Of a stretch of 64,000 nt of DNA, positions 25,318 to 34,978 are shown in pieces; position 1 is the first letter of the stretch, and each line of letters starts with the position of its first letter. The stretch comes from Acidobacteriota bacterium (GTDB lineage: Bacteria; Acidobacteriota; Thermoanaerobaculia; UBA5066; Gp7-AA6). The notes under the pieces were generated by a model. That model searched no databases, was not told where the DNA came from, and saw only the letters and a list, made by a program, of their open reading frames with translations. Position numbers and translations under genes: made by a program. The stretch is taken from contig JBLMXY010000012.1 in the NCBI GenBank assembly GCA_050257975.1, forward strand, positions 13,439 through 77,438. Direction: 5' to 3'.

Positions 25318-27350
25318 GAGCGCTCTGCCCGGGCCGCGCCCGCTGGCTCGGCGTGCTGCTCGCTGTCTGGGGCGTTGCGGTCGTGGGGCGGCTCCTGCAG
25401 GTCCAGGTCGCCCAGGGCTCGAAGTACCGGGCGCGCGCCCAGCGTCAGCAGGAGCGCCGCGTCGACGTCTCGCCCCGACGAGGCTCGATCGTCGACCGCA
25501 ACGGCCGCGAGCTCGCCGTCTCGGTCGAGTGCTCGTCGATCTACGCGCTTCCCGACGAGGTGGAGCGGCCGGCCGCCGTGGCGCAGGCCCTGGCCGGGGC
25601 GCTCGAAGAGACGCCGGCGGAGCTCGCGGCGAAGCTCTCTCGCGACGTCGGGTTCGTCTGGTTGAAGCGCAAGGTCGATCCCGAGGTCGCCGAGCACGTG
25701 CGGCAGATGAAGCTTCCCGGCATCCGGTTCGTGACGGAGACCCGACGCTTCTACCCGAGGGGATCGCTCGCCGCGGCCCTGCTCGGCTACGTCGGAACCG
25801 ACGATCGGGGCCTGGGCGGCCTCGAATACGCCTACGACCGCACGATTCGCGGAAAGCCCGGCGAGATCGTCGCGTTGACCGACGCGCGCCGCTCGACCTA
25901 CGGGGAGGCGGAGGCTCCGGGGCGGCCTCCCGAGGAAGGGGCGTCGCTCCAGATCTCGATCGACTCCGGCGTTCAGTTCGCCGTCGAGCGCGAGCTCGCC
26001 GCCGCCGTCGCCGAGCACGGGGCGCGCTCGGGCACCGCCGTGCTGCTCGATCCCTGGTCGGGCGAGGTCCTCGCGATGGCGAGCGTGCCCGGCTTCGATC
26101 CGAACCGTTTCAACCGCGTTCCGGCGGAGGCGCGCCGAAACCGCGCGATCGCCGACGCGTACGAGCCGGGCTCGACCTTCAAGATCGTGACGGGCTCCCT
26201 CGCCCTCGAACGGCATGCGGTCACCCTGCAGGACGTCTTCGACACCGGCGACGGCACCATTCGCGTGGCCGGCACCACGATCTCCGAGGCCGACCACCAC
26301 GCCTACGGCTCGCTGACGCTCGCGGGAATCTTCGAGCACTCGTCCAACGTGGGGATCATCCAGGTTGGTCTTCGCCTGGGGGCTCGGCGTCTCTTCGAGG
26401 GAGCGACGGCCTTCGGCGTCGGCCGCCCGACCGGAATCGACTTGCCCGGCGAGAACATCGGGCTCTTCCGGCCGCTGCCGCGCTGGTCGGCGCTCTCGAA
26501 CGCGTCGATCGCGATGGGACAGGAGGTCTCGGTCACGGCGCTGCAGCTGGCGCGCATCGCGGCCGTCGTCGCCAACGGAGGGCGCCTGGTGACACCCCGA
26601 GTGGTCGAGCGCGTGGCTCTGCCCGACGGGCGCGTCGAGCCTCTGCCGGCGCCGCCCGCGCCCCGCGTCCTTTCGCCCGAGACCGCCGAGGCGCTGCGCC
26701 GCATCCTCGTCGAGGTCGTCGAGCGCGGCACGGGCACGCTCGCGGCGATTCCCGGATTCTCCGTCGCGGGCAAGACCGGAACCGCGCAGAAGGCCGGTCC
26801 GGGCGGCTACCAGCCGGGCCGGTACGTTCCCAACTTCGTGGGATTCGTGCCGGCGGAGTCGCCGCGGCTGGTGGCGGTCGTGATCCTCGAAGAACCGCAC
26901 GGGAAGTACTACGCCCGCGAGGTCGCGGCTCCCGTGTTTTCGCGAATCGTCTCGCAGGCCCTCTCGATCCTCCGAATTGCGCCCGAGGAGCAGCGGGTTC
27001 CGGCCACCGTCCTCGCCGCCTCCTCGGGCCCCTTTTTTCCTCCGGGCGTCGTTCCGGCCTCCGCGCGCCGCCGGCCGGCCTCCGCCGCGCCGGCAGTCCC
27101 CGCCCTTTCGGAAGCGGGCGTACCGGACGCGGCGGGCCTCTCGGCGCGGCAGGCTCTGGCGCTCTTCGCGCGCCGGGGCATGGCCGTGCGGCTGGAGGGA
27201 AGCGGATTCGTCGCGGCGCAGCGGCCGGCTGCCGGCGCCGCCTGGAGACCGGGCCTCGTAGTGACCCTCTCCCTTTCGGAAGACGCCGCGGCCGCCTCCC
27301 GACCCGGCCGCGGGCGCGAGGAGACGCCCTCCGCGACACCCGGGCCGTGA
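25314..27350 (+). CDS. ftsI: Peptidoglycan D,D-transpeptidase FtsI (class B PBP) with C-terminal PASTA domain
   Basis: PBP dimerisation domain plus transpeptidase motifs (EPGSTFK, SSN, KTGTA). C-terminal VPDAAGLSARQALALFARRGMAVRLEGSGFVAAQRPAAG is PASTA-like. GTGA overlap with ftsL. Confidence 0.9.
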   Translation: MRALCPGRARWLGVLLAVWGVAVVGRLLQVQVAQGSKYRARAQRQQERRVDVSPRRGSIVDRNGRELAVSVECSSIYALPDEVERPAAVAQALAGALEETPAELAAKLSRDVGFVWLKRKVDPEVAEHVRQMKLPGIRFVTETRRFYPRGSLAAALLGYVGTDDRGLGGLEYAYDRTIRGKPGEIVALTDARRSTYGEAEAPGRPPEEGASLQISIDSGVQFAVERELAAAVAEHGARSGTAVLLDPWSGEVLAMASVPGFDPNRFNRVPAEARRNRAIADAYEPGSTFKIVTGSLALERHAVTLQDVFDTGDGTIRVAGTTISEADHHAYGSLTLAGIFEHSSNVGIIQVGLRLGARRLFEGATAFGVGRPTGIDLPGENIGLFRPLPRWSALSNASIAMGQEVSVTALQLARIAAVVANGGRLVTPRVVERVALPDGRVEPLPAPPAPRVLSPETAEALRRILVEVVERGTGTLAAIPGFSVAGKTGTAQKAGPGGYQPGRYVPNFVGFVPAESPRLVAVVILEEPHGKYYAREVAAPVFSRIVSQALSILRIAPEEQRVPATVLAASSGPFFPPGVVPASARRRPASAAPAVPALSEAGVPDAAGLSARQALALFARRGMAVRLEGSGFVAAQRPAAGAAWRPGLVVTLSLSEDAAAASRPGRGREETPSATPGP

Positions 27351-28810
27351 AGCTGCTCGCGATGCTTTCGGCCCTGCCAGGAGCCGAGTTGGTGCCGCCC
27401 GGCTCCGATCCCGAAATCCGCCGCGTCGTTCACGACTCGCGCCGCGTCTGCCCCGGAGATCTCTTCTTCGCGATCCGGGGGGAGAAGGCCGACGGCCTGG
27501 AGCACGTGGCGGAGGCGATCTCGCGCGGCGCCGTCGCGGTCGCCGCCGAGGCCCCCGCCCCCCGGGGCGTCACCGTCCCCTGGGTGCGCGTCCCGCAGGC
27601 TCGCCGCGCGCTGGCCCTCGCGGCGGCCCGCCTCGCCGGCGACCCGGCGGAGAAGCTCGTGCTGGCCGGGGTGACCGGCACCAACGGCAAGACGACGACC
27701 GCGCTGCTGCTGCAATCGCTGCTTGCGCGCCGCTTCGGCGAAGCCGCGTTTCTGGGCACCATCGGCTACCGGATCGGCCGCCGCGAGCTGCCGGCGGACC
27801 GGACGACGCCGGATGCGACGCTGCTGCAGGATCTGCTGGCGCAGGCCGTGCGCGAGGGAATCCCGGCGGCGTCCATGGAGGTTTCCTCTCATGCGCTCGC
27901 CCTCGACCGCGTCGAGGGATGCCGCTTCGATCTAACCGTCTTTACGAACCTGACCCGGGACCACCTCGACTTCCACCGAGACATGGAGGGCTACTACGGA
28001 GCCAAGCGGCGTCTCTTCGACCTGCGCAAGTCGGGGGCGACGGCCGTGGTCAACGCCGCGGATCCCTTCGGCCGGCGCCTCGCCGGGGAGATCGGAGGGC
28101 GCGTCCTGACCTACTCGGCCGCCGGCGCCGGCGCGGACGTCCTGGCGGAGTCGGCGCACTGCGATCTTTCGGGAACGTCCTTCGACGCCGTCTCCCCGGC
28201 GGGAAGGTTTCGCGTGACCTCGCCGCTTCTCGGCCGATTCAACGTCGACAACCTGCTCGCCGCGGCGGCCGGGGGCCTCGCCCTGGGGCTGCCTCCCGAG
28301 GAGGTCGCCGCGGGGCTTGCGGCCGTTCGCAGCGTGCCCGGCCGGCTCGAGCGGATCGAGGCGGGCCAGCCCTACGCGATCCTGGTCGACTACGCCCACA
28401 CCGAGGACGCCCTCTCGCGGCTGCTTTCGGCCGTGAGGGAGCTGACCGACCGCAAGATCATTCTCGTGTTCGGCTGCGGCGGAGACCGCGACCGCGGCAA
28501 GCGCGAGCCGATGGGGCGCGTCGCCGGGACGCGCGCCGACATTCCGATCGCGACCTCCGACAATCCCCGCTCCGAGGATCCGGAGGCGATCCTCTCCGAG
28601 GTCGAGCGCGGCCTTGCCGCTTCCGGCGCGACGAAGTACCTGCGCATCGCCGACCGGCGCGAGGCAATCCGGGCGGCCATCGATCTGGCCAACCCGGGAA
28701 CCGTCGTCGTCCTGGCCGGCAAGGGGCACGAAACGACGCAGGTGATCGGAGACCGCGAGGAGCCGTTCGACGACCGCGCCGTTGCGGCCGAGCTGGCGTC
28801 GCGCCGATGA
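27347..28810 (+). CDS. murE: UDP-N-acetylmuramoyl-L-alanyl-D-glutamate--2,6-diaminopimelate ligase MurE
   Basis: GVTGTNGKTTT, MEVSSHAL, DYAHTEDAL and the DNPR motif (TSDNPRSEDP). The GTG start overlaps the ftsI stop. An ATG alternative lies at 27362. Confidence 0.9.
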   Translation: MKLLAMLSALPGAELVPPGSDPEIRRVVHDSRRVCPGDLFFAIRGEKADGLEHVAEAISRGAVAVAAEAPAPRGVTVPWVRVPQARRALALAAARLAGDPAEKLVLAGVTGTNGKTTTALLLQSLLARRFGEAAFLGTIGYRIGRRELPADRTTPDATLLQDLLAQAVREGIPAASMEVSSHALALDRVEGCRFDLTVFTNLTRDHLDFHRDMEGYYGAKRRLFDLRKSGATAVVNAADPFGRRLAGEIGGRVLTYSAAGAGADVLAESAHCDLSGTSFDAVSPAGRFRVTSPLLGRFNVDNLLAAAAGGLALGLPPEEVAAGLAAVRSVPGRLERIEAGQPYAILVDYAHTEDALSRLLSAVRELTDRKIILVFGCGGDRDRGKREPMGRVAGTRADIPIATSDNPRSEDPEAILSEVERGLAASGATKYLRIADRREAIRAAIDLANPGTVVVLAGKGHETTQVIGDREEPFDDRAVAAELASRR

Positions 28811-30186
28811 ACTTCACGCTGTCCGATCTGTCTCGCGCGCTCGAGCTTCCCGTGCCGGGCGAGGCTTCGCTGACCGGGGCCGCGGTGGACTCGCGCGCGG
28901 TGCGCCCCGGAGATCTCTTCGTCGCGCTGCCGGGCGCGCGCGTGGACGGCCACGATTTTGCGCCGGAGGCGGTCTCCCGCGGCGCGGCTGCGGTCCTGGC
29001 CGAGCGGGAGCTTCCCGAGGTCGCGGGCCGCGCGCCGGTGGTCGTCGTGCCCGACACTCTGGAGTCGCTGCTGCGCCTGGCGGGCTGGCTCAAGAAGAGG
29101 GCGGGCTTCCGCCTGGCGGCGATCGCGGGATCGGCGGGCAAGACGACCACCAAGGAATTCGCGGCGGCAATCCTTTCCCGCCATTGCCCCGTCGGAAAGA
29201 CCCCGGGCAACCAGAACAGCGCGATCGGGTTTCCGCTGTCGGTCGCGAACCTTTCTCTCGGACCCGAGTGGATGGTCGGGGAGATGGGGATGAGCGCGCC
29301 CGGCGAGATCTCGCGCCTGTCGCGCACGTTCGAGCCGGACGTGGCCGCGATCACGCTGATCGCCCTGGAGCACCTCGAGTTTCTGGGCTCGCTCGACGCG
29401 ATCGCCCGGGCCAACGCGGAGATCCTCGAGGGGCTGCGCCCGGGCGGCGTCTTCGTCGTCAACGCCGACGACGCCCGCATCGCCGCGATCGCCGCCTCCC
29501 ATCGGGGGCGCATGCTGCGCTTCGGCATGACGGCGCCGGCCGACGTGCGCGCCGAGCAGATCGTGGCGGGGGACCGCTCGTCGCGCTTCCGCCTGAAGAC
29601 GCCCTCGGGCGAGGCGCCGGTGAACCTGCCGCTGCCCGGCATGCACCAGGTGTCCAACTTCCTCGCGGCCTCCGCCGTCGCGGTCGCGGCCGGGGCGACC
29701 GTCGAAGACTGCGCGGAGGCCGCGCCGCGGCTCGCGCCCGCGGCGCACCGCGGAGAGTCCCGCCGGCATGCCTCGGGGGCGCTGCTCTACGACGACGCGT
29801 ACAACGCGAGCCCTCCCTCCATGCGGGCGGCGCTCGACACCCTGAGGCTGCTCCCGGGGAAGCGCAAGATCGCCGCGCTCGGCGACATGCGCGAGCTCGG
29901 CCCGGAGTCGGAGTGGTGGCACCGCGAGACCGGGCGCTACGTCGTCGGCCGCGCCGACCGGCTCATCTGCGTCGGCCCGCTCGGCCGCTTCCTCGCCGAG
30001 GGGGCGATCGAGGCCGGCTTTCCGCCCGGAGAGGTGCGGGTCCTCGACACGCCCGAGCACGCCGCCAACCTGCTCGACTCGATGCTCGACGCCGGCGACA
30101 CGGTGCTGTTCAAGGCCTCGCGAGGGGTCGGGCTCGAGCGCGCCGTGGAGCTGCTCTCCCGCGCCGGCGCGGCCCGTGGCCAGTGA
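28807..30186 (+). CDS. murF: UDP-N-acetylmuramoyl-tripeptide--D-alanyl-D-alanine ligase MurF
   Basis: AIAGSAGKTTTKEF and DDAYNASPPSMRAAL. ATGA overlap with murE. Confidence 0.9.
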   Translation: MNFTLSDLSRALELPVPGEASLTGAAVDSRAVRPGDLFVALPGARVDGHDFAPEAVSRGAAAVLAERELPEVAGRAPVVVVPDTLESLLRLAGWLKKRAGFRLAAIAGSAGKTTTKEFAAAILSRHCPVGKTPGNQNSAIGFPLSVANLSLGPEWMVGEMGMSAPGEISRLSRTFEPDVAAITLIALEHLEFLGSLDAIARANAEILEGLRPGGVFVVNADDARIAAIAASHRGRMLRFGMTAPADVRAEQIVAGDRSSRFRLKTPSGEAPVNLPLPGMHQVSNFLAASAVAVAAGATVEDCAEAAPRLAPAAHRGESRRHASGALLYDDAYNASPPSMRAALDTLRLLPGKRKIAALGDMRELGPESEWWHRETGRYVVGRADRLICVGPLGRFLAEGAIEAGFPPGEVRVLDTPEHAANLLDSMLDAGDTVLFKASRGVGLERAVELLSRAGAARGQ

Positions 30187-30198
30187 GGCGATCCCGCG

Positions 30199-31284
30199 AT
30201 GCTCTACTACTGGCTCTACCCCCTCGCCCGCCACTACCCCGTCTTCAACGTCTTCCGCTACATCACGTTCCGCACCGCGATGGCGGCGGTCACGGCGCTG
30301 TTGCTGCTGCTCGCGCTCGGGCCGTGGATGATCCGGCTCCTGAAGCGCCGGCAGATCGGCCAGGCGATCCGGGAGGAGGGCCCGAGGTCGCACCTCTCCA
30401 AGGCGGGCACGCCGACGATGGGAGGCCTGCTGATCCTTCTCGCCGTCTGCGTCGCGACCGTGCTCTGGATGGACGTCTCGAACCGCTTCGTCTGGATCGC
30501 GCTCGGCACGCTTCTCGCGCTCGGCGTGGTCGGCTTCGCCGACGACTACACGAAGGTCGCGCGCAAGAGGAGCCTCGGCCTCTCCGGGCGCGGCAAGCTG
30601 CTGCCCCAGTTCCTGGTCGCCTTCGCCGCGGCGTGGGCGATCGAGCAGTGGGCGGCGCACGGGGCGTTCTCCTCGGTCGTCACCTTTCCGTTCCTGAAGA
30701 AGGCGCTTCTCGACCTCGGCCTCCTCTACGTCCCCTTCGTGGCGATCGTGCTGGTCGGCTCCTCCAACGCCGTCAACCTGACGGACGGGCTCGACGGGCT
30801 CGCGATCGGCGCGGTGGGTATCGCCGCGGGAACCTACGCGATCCTGGCCTACGTGACCGGCAACGCGGTCGCGGCCCGTTACCTGCAGATCCCGTTCGTG
30901 CCCCAGTCCGGAGAGCTCGCGATCTTCTGCGGCGCCATCTCGGGGGCCTCGCTCGGGTTCCTCTGGTTCAATTGCCATCCGGCCGACGTCTTCATGGGAG
31001 ACGTCGGGTCGCTGCCTCTGGGCGGTGCCATCGCGGCCGTGGCGGTGATGACCAAGCAGGAGGTGCTCCTGGCGATCGTCGGCGGGCTCTTCCTGCTCGA
31101 GGCGCTCTCGGTGATCATCCAGGTCCTGTCCTTCAAGACGACGGGGCGCCGGGTCTTTCGGATGGCGCCGCTGCACCACCACTTCGAGCTTTCGGGCTGG
31201 GCGGAGTCGCGCGTCATCATTCGCTTCTGGATCCTGGCGATCTTCTTCGCGGTCCTCGCACTCTCGACCCTCAAGCTGCGATGA
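30199..31284 (+). CDS. mraY: Phospho-N-acetylmuramoyl-pentapeptide transferase MraY
   Basis: KAGTPTMGG, NAVNLTDGLDGLA and APLHHHFE motifs. Confidence 0.95.
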   Translation: MLYYWLYPLARHYPVFNVFRYITFRTAMAAVTALLLLLALGPWMIRLLKRRQIGQAIREEGPRSHLSKAGTPTMGGLLILLAVCVATVLWMDVSNRFVWIALGTLLALGVVGFADDYTKVARKRSLGLSGRGKLLPQFLVAFAAAWAIEQWAAHGAFSSVVTFPFLKKALLDLGLLYVPFVAIVLVGSSNAVNLTDGLDGLAIGAVGIAAGTYAILAYVTGNAVAARYLQIPFVPQSGELAIFCGAISGASLGFLWFNCHPADVFMGDVGSLPLGGAIAAVAVMTKQEVLLAIVGGLFLLEALSVIIQVLSFKTTGRRVFRMAPLHHHFELSGWAESRVIIRFWILAIFFAVLALSTLKLR

Positions 31285-32687
31285 GCGCCGAGCGTGCGGA
31301 AGGGGCGGCGAGGATCCTGCCGGAGAAGGTGGCGATCCTGGGCTTCGCGCGCAGCGGCAAGGCGCTCGCCGAGGCGCTGCGGGACCGCGGGGTGGCCGTG
31401 GCGGTCGGAGACGACAAGCCCGAGAGCGCCTTTCCGGAGGCGCGCGGCCTGCGGGAGCGAGGAGTCGAGTTTTTCTTCGGAGGGCTGCCGGAAAAGCTTC
31501 TGGAGGGCGTCGCGTGGCTCGCGGTCTCCCCGGGAGTTCCCTTGACGGCCCCGGTCGTCTCCGCGGCCCGCCGGCGCCGCATCCCGGTCCTGGCGGAATT
31601 CGAGGTCGCCTGGCGCATCGCCGAAAGCGAAGCCGCCGGTCCCAATCGCTGGGTGGCCGTGACGGGCACCAACGGAAAGTCGACGACCACCGCGTGGATC
31701 GCCGAGGTGCTGCGGCGAGCGGGCCGGCCCGTGGCGCTGGCCGGCAACATCGGCGTGCCCCTCTCGGCTTTTCTTTCGGATCGCGCGGCGCGAGACTTCG
31801 TCTGCGAGCTGTCCTCCTTCCAGCTGGAGGCCACGGACCGGTTCGCGCCGCAGGTCGCGGTGCTGACCAACGTCACGCCCGACCACCTGGACCGGTACCC
31901 GGATCTGGAGGCGTACGCCCGCGCCAAGGAGCGCCTCTTCGAGAAGCAGCGACCGCAGGATTTCTCGGTCGTCAACGCCGACAACCCGCGCGCCGCCGCC
32001 GCGCGCACGCCGGCGCGCCGTATCCCGTTCTCCCGAACGGGGCCGGTCGAGGGGGGAGTCTGGGTCGAAGAGGGGATGATTCGCTCCGCGGTCTCCGGGG
32101 CGCCGCGCGGGCTCCTCGAGCCCGAGCGGCTGGCCCTGCCGGGAGCCCACAACCTGGAGAACGCGCTGGCGGTCGTCGCCGCCGCCGAATGCCTGGAGAC
32201 CCCGCCGGAGGCGATCCGCGACGGATTGGCCCATTTCTCCGGACTGCCGCATCGCAGCGAGCTCGTCGCCCAGGCGCGCGGCGTAAAGTGGGTGGACGAC
32301 TCCAAGGGCACCAACGTGGACGCGACCCGCAAGTGCCTGGAGGGCTTTCCCGAGGCAAGCGTCATCCTGATCCTCGGAGGGCGCGACAAGCACGGGGACT
32401 TTCCGTCCCTCGCCCCGGCCGTGGCCCGCGCGGCCCGCCAGGTCCTGACGATCGGCGAAGCCGCCGAGACCATCGAGCGGGCGCTTTCGGGCGCGGCGCC
32501 GATCGAGCGCGCCGGAACGATGGAAAACGCGGTCCTGCGGGCGGGCGAAATCGCCCGGCCGGGTGAGACCGTCCTGCTGTCGCCGGCCTGCGCGTCCTTC
32601 GACGCCTACGCGAACTACGAGGAACGGGGACGTCATTTCGCAACGCTGGCGCGCGCCGTCGCGGCCAAGACGCCGCGCGAGGAATAG
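31281..32687 (+). CDS. murD: UDP-N-acetylmuramoylalanine--D-glutamate ligase MurD
   Basis: VAILGFARSGKA and AVTGTNGKSTTT. ATGA overlap with mraY. Confidence 0.9.
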   Translation: MSAERAEGAARILPEKVAILGFARSGKALAEALRDRGVAVAVGDDKPESAFPEARGLRERGVEFFFGGLPEKLLEGVAWLAVSPGVPLTAPVVSAARRRRIPVLAEFEVAWRIAESEAAGPNRWVAVTGTNGKSTTTAWIAEVLRRAGRPVALAGNIGVPLSAFLSDRAARDFVCELSSFQLEATDRFAPQVAVLTNVTPDHLDRYPDLEAYARAKERLFEKQRPQDFSVVNADNPRAAAARTPARRIPFSRTGPVEGGVWVEEGMIRSAVSGAPRGLLEPERLALPGAHNLENALAVVAAAECLETPPEAIRDGLAHFSGLPHRSELVAQARGVKWVDDSKGTNVDATRKCLEGFPEASVILILGGRDKHGDFPSLAPAVARAARQVLTIGEAAETIERALSGAAPIERAGTMENAVLRAGEIARPGETVLLSPACASFDAYANYEERGRHFATLARAVAAKTPREE

Positions 32688-32698
32688 GACCGTGACCC

Positions 32699-33802
32699 GT
32701 GGCGCGTAAGCTCGCGAGCGACAAGGTCCTCTTCGCGGCGCTGGTCGCCCTCTCGCTTTTCGGGTGCGTGATGATCTACAGCGCATCGGCGGTCTCCGCC
32801 GCCCAGACCGCGGGGAGCCCCTACCGGTACCTGCTCAAACAGATCGGTGCCCTGGCGATCGGCGGGCTGGCGGCCTTCGCGGTCTACCGCACCGATTACC
32901 GCCGGTTCGCGCGGCCCTGGATCGTCTACGGCGCATACGGCGCCGCGCTGGTGCTGTGCATCGCGGTGCTCTTCCGGCCGCCGATCAACGCCGCCCGACG
33001 CTGGATCACGCTCGGACCGGCGACGGTACAGCCTTCGGAGCTCCTGAAGATCGGCCTGGTCCTGGTCTTCGCCTCGCAGGTCTCCGGCAAGATCGGCAAG
33101 ACCGGCGAGGCGGGCCGGGCGGTTCTGCCCTGCGCCGTGCTGACGGCGCTGGCCGCCGGCGTCGTCCTTCTCGAGCCCGACATGGGCACGGCGGTCAGCT
33201 ACCTCGTGCTCTGCGCCGTCGTTCTCTGGCTCGCCGGGGCGCGCGCCCGAGTCTTCGCGTACGGCGCCGCGATCGCTTTGCCGGCCCTGGCCGCCATCGC
33301 GTTCTCGGCGAGCTATCGGAAGGCGCGGCTGCTCTCCTTCTGGCGGCCCGAAGCGGATCCGCTCGGCGCGGGTTTCCAGGCCCTGCAGTCGCTGATCGCG
33401 GTGGGAGCGGGCGGGTGGCTCGGCAACGGGCTGGGCGGCAGCCGGCAGAAGCTCTTCTTCCTTCCCTACCCGCACACGGACTTCATCTTCGCCATCGTCG
33501 GGGAGGAGCTCGGCTTCGTCGGAGCGGCGGCGCTGGTGGCCGCCTTCGGCGTGATCGCCTGGCGCGGCCTGCGGGCCGCGCGGCGAGCGCCGGACGTCTT
33601 CGGAGCCTATCTGGCGGCCGGAGCGACGGCGATGATCGTCGTGCAGGCGGCCATCAACATGAGCGTCGTGCTCGCGCTGCTGCCGACCAAGGGGTTGCCC
33701 CTGCCGTTCGTGTCGTACGGAGGATCCTCGCTGGTTGCCTCCTGGCTCGCGGCGGGCCTGATCCTGAACGTCTCGCAGCACGAGGTGGAGAGAAGTGAGT
33801 GA
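32699..33802 (+). CDS. ftsW: Peptidoglycan glycosyltransferase FtsW (SEDS family)
   Basis: About 10 TM segments. SEDS motifs are present (QPSELLKI, THTDFIFAIVGEELG, LPTKGLPLPFVSYGGSS). Confidence 0.9.
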   Translation: MARKLASDKVLFAALVALSLFGCVMIYSASAVSAAQTAGSPYRYLLKQIGALAIGGLAAFAVYRTDYRRFARPWIVYGAYGAALVLCIAVLFRPPINAARRWITLGPATVQPSELLKIGLVLVFASQVSGKIGKTGEAGRAVLPCAVLTALAAGVVLLEPDMGTAVSYLVLCAVVLWLAGARARVFAYGAAIALPALAAIAFSASYRKARLLSFWRPEADPLGAGFQALQSLIAVGAGGWLGNGLGGSRQKLFFLPYPHTDFIFAIVGEELGFVGAAALVAAFGVIAWRGLRAARRAPDVFGAYLAAGATAMIVVQAAINMSVVLALLPTKGLPLPFVSYGGSSLVASWLAAGLILNVSQHEVERSE

Positions 33803-33810
33803 GGAAGTCG

Positions 33811-33878
33811 TCAGTTTTCAGTTTTCAGGGATCAGTTCCTGAACCGATGACTGACAACTGAAAACTGAGAACTGATCG
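33811..33878. repeat. Heptamer-built imperfect hairpin (4x TCAGnnn, loop, CTGACAA CTGAAAA CTGAGAA CTGATCG)
   Basis: The left arm (33811-33838) and right arm (33851-33878) pair at each TCAG/CTGA core. The element fills the ftsW-murG spacer. Confidence 0.85.
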
Positions 33879-33883
33879 TCGAA

Positions 33884-34978
33884 ATGGTCGAGGAACGATC
33901 CATCGCGACCTACGTCATTGCCGCCGGCGGCACGGGGGGGCACATCTTCCCGGGCGTCGCGCTCGGGCGGGAAGTCGCGGCTCGCCGGCCGGGGGCACGG
34001 GTCGTCTTCGTCGGAACCGGGCGAGGCCTGGAAGCTCGTCTCGTGCCGGCTGCGGGCTTCCAGCTGGAGACCGTGAGGGCGAGCGGCTTCGCCGGAAAAG
34101 GGCCGGCGGCGCGCATGGCGGCCCTCGTCCGCCTTCCGCTCGGTTTCCGCGAGGCGCGGCGACTTCTGCGCCGCCTGGCGCCCCGCGCGGTGGCCGGTGT
34201 GGGCGGCTACGCGAGCGTGCCCGTGATCCTCGCGGCCCGATCCCTTTCGATTCCGACGCTGATCCACGAGTCCAACGCCTTGCCGGGAATCGCCAACCGC
34301 TTTCTGTCCCGCCTCGCGACGCGCACCGCCGTCGGGCTCGAAGCCGCCAACGCGAGGCTTCCGAGGCCGGGTGTCGTGACCGGCAACCCGGTTCGCCCCG
34401 AGTTCTTCGCGGCGCCGCCGCTCGACCCGGGCAGATCCGGCCGGCGATTGCTCGTCTTCGGGGGAAGCCAGGGATCGACGGCGTTGAACCGCGCACTGGC
34501 CGAAGCCGCGCCGCTGCTCTCGGCCGAGGGCCTCGAGGTCATTCACCAGACGGGCGAGCGGTGGCTCGAAACGGTGCGCGAGGCCTATGGCGAGCTGCCA
34601 CGCGGCTGGAGCCTCACGCCCTTCCTGGAGAACCTCGACCGGGAGATGTCGTGGTGCGACCTGGCCGTCTGCCGCGCCGGCGCGATGACCCTTTCGGAGC
34701 TCGCCGCGGCGGGGCGGCCCGCGGTTCTGGTGCCGCTCGCCTCTTCGACGCACGGACACCAGCTCCAGAACGCCCGCGCCTTCGCCGACGCGGGGGCCGC
34801 GGTCATCCTGGAAGAGAAGGACCTCACGGGGCGCTCGCTGGCGGACGCGGCGAAGAGCCTGCTGGCGGATCCCGGCCGCCTGGCCGGGATGGGCCGGAAG
34901 GCCCGCGGGCTCGCCCGCCCGGACGCCGCGCGCCGCCTGGCCGACCTGCTCTTTGCCATCGAACGGGAGGCCGCGTGA
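33884..34978 (+). CDS. murG: UDP-GlcNAc--lipid I transferase MurG
   Basis: AAGGTGGHIFPGVAL, HESNALPG and LVFGGSQGS motifs. Confidence 0.9.
   Translation: MVEERSIATYVIAAGGTGGHIFPGVALGREVAARRPGARVVFVGTGRGLEARLVPAAGFQLETVRASGFAGKGPAARMAALVRLPLGFREARRLLRRLAPRAVAGVGGYASVPVILAARSLSIPTLIHESNALPGIANRFLSRLATRTAVGLEAANARLPRPGVVTGNPVRPEFFAAPPLDPGRSGRRLLVFGGSQGSTALNRALAEAAPLLSAEGLEVIHQTGERWLETVREAYGELPRGWSLTPFLENLDREMSWCDLAVCRAGAMTLSELAAAGRPAVLVPLASSTHGHQLQNARAFADAGAAVILEEKDLTGRSLADAAKSLLADPGRLAGMGRKARGLARPDAARRLADLLFAIEREAA

Noticed and set aside
28390-32786. ORFs 28390..31182 (-, 930 aa), 30879..32786 (-, 635 aa) and other long frames inside murF-murD.
   Set aside because: They are antisense or alternate frames of well-supported dcw genes, and their translations are low complexity.
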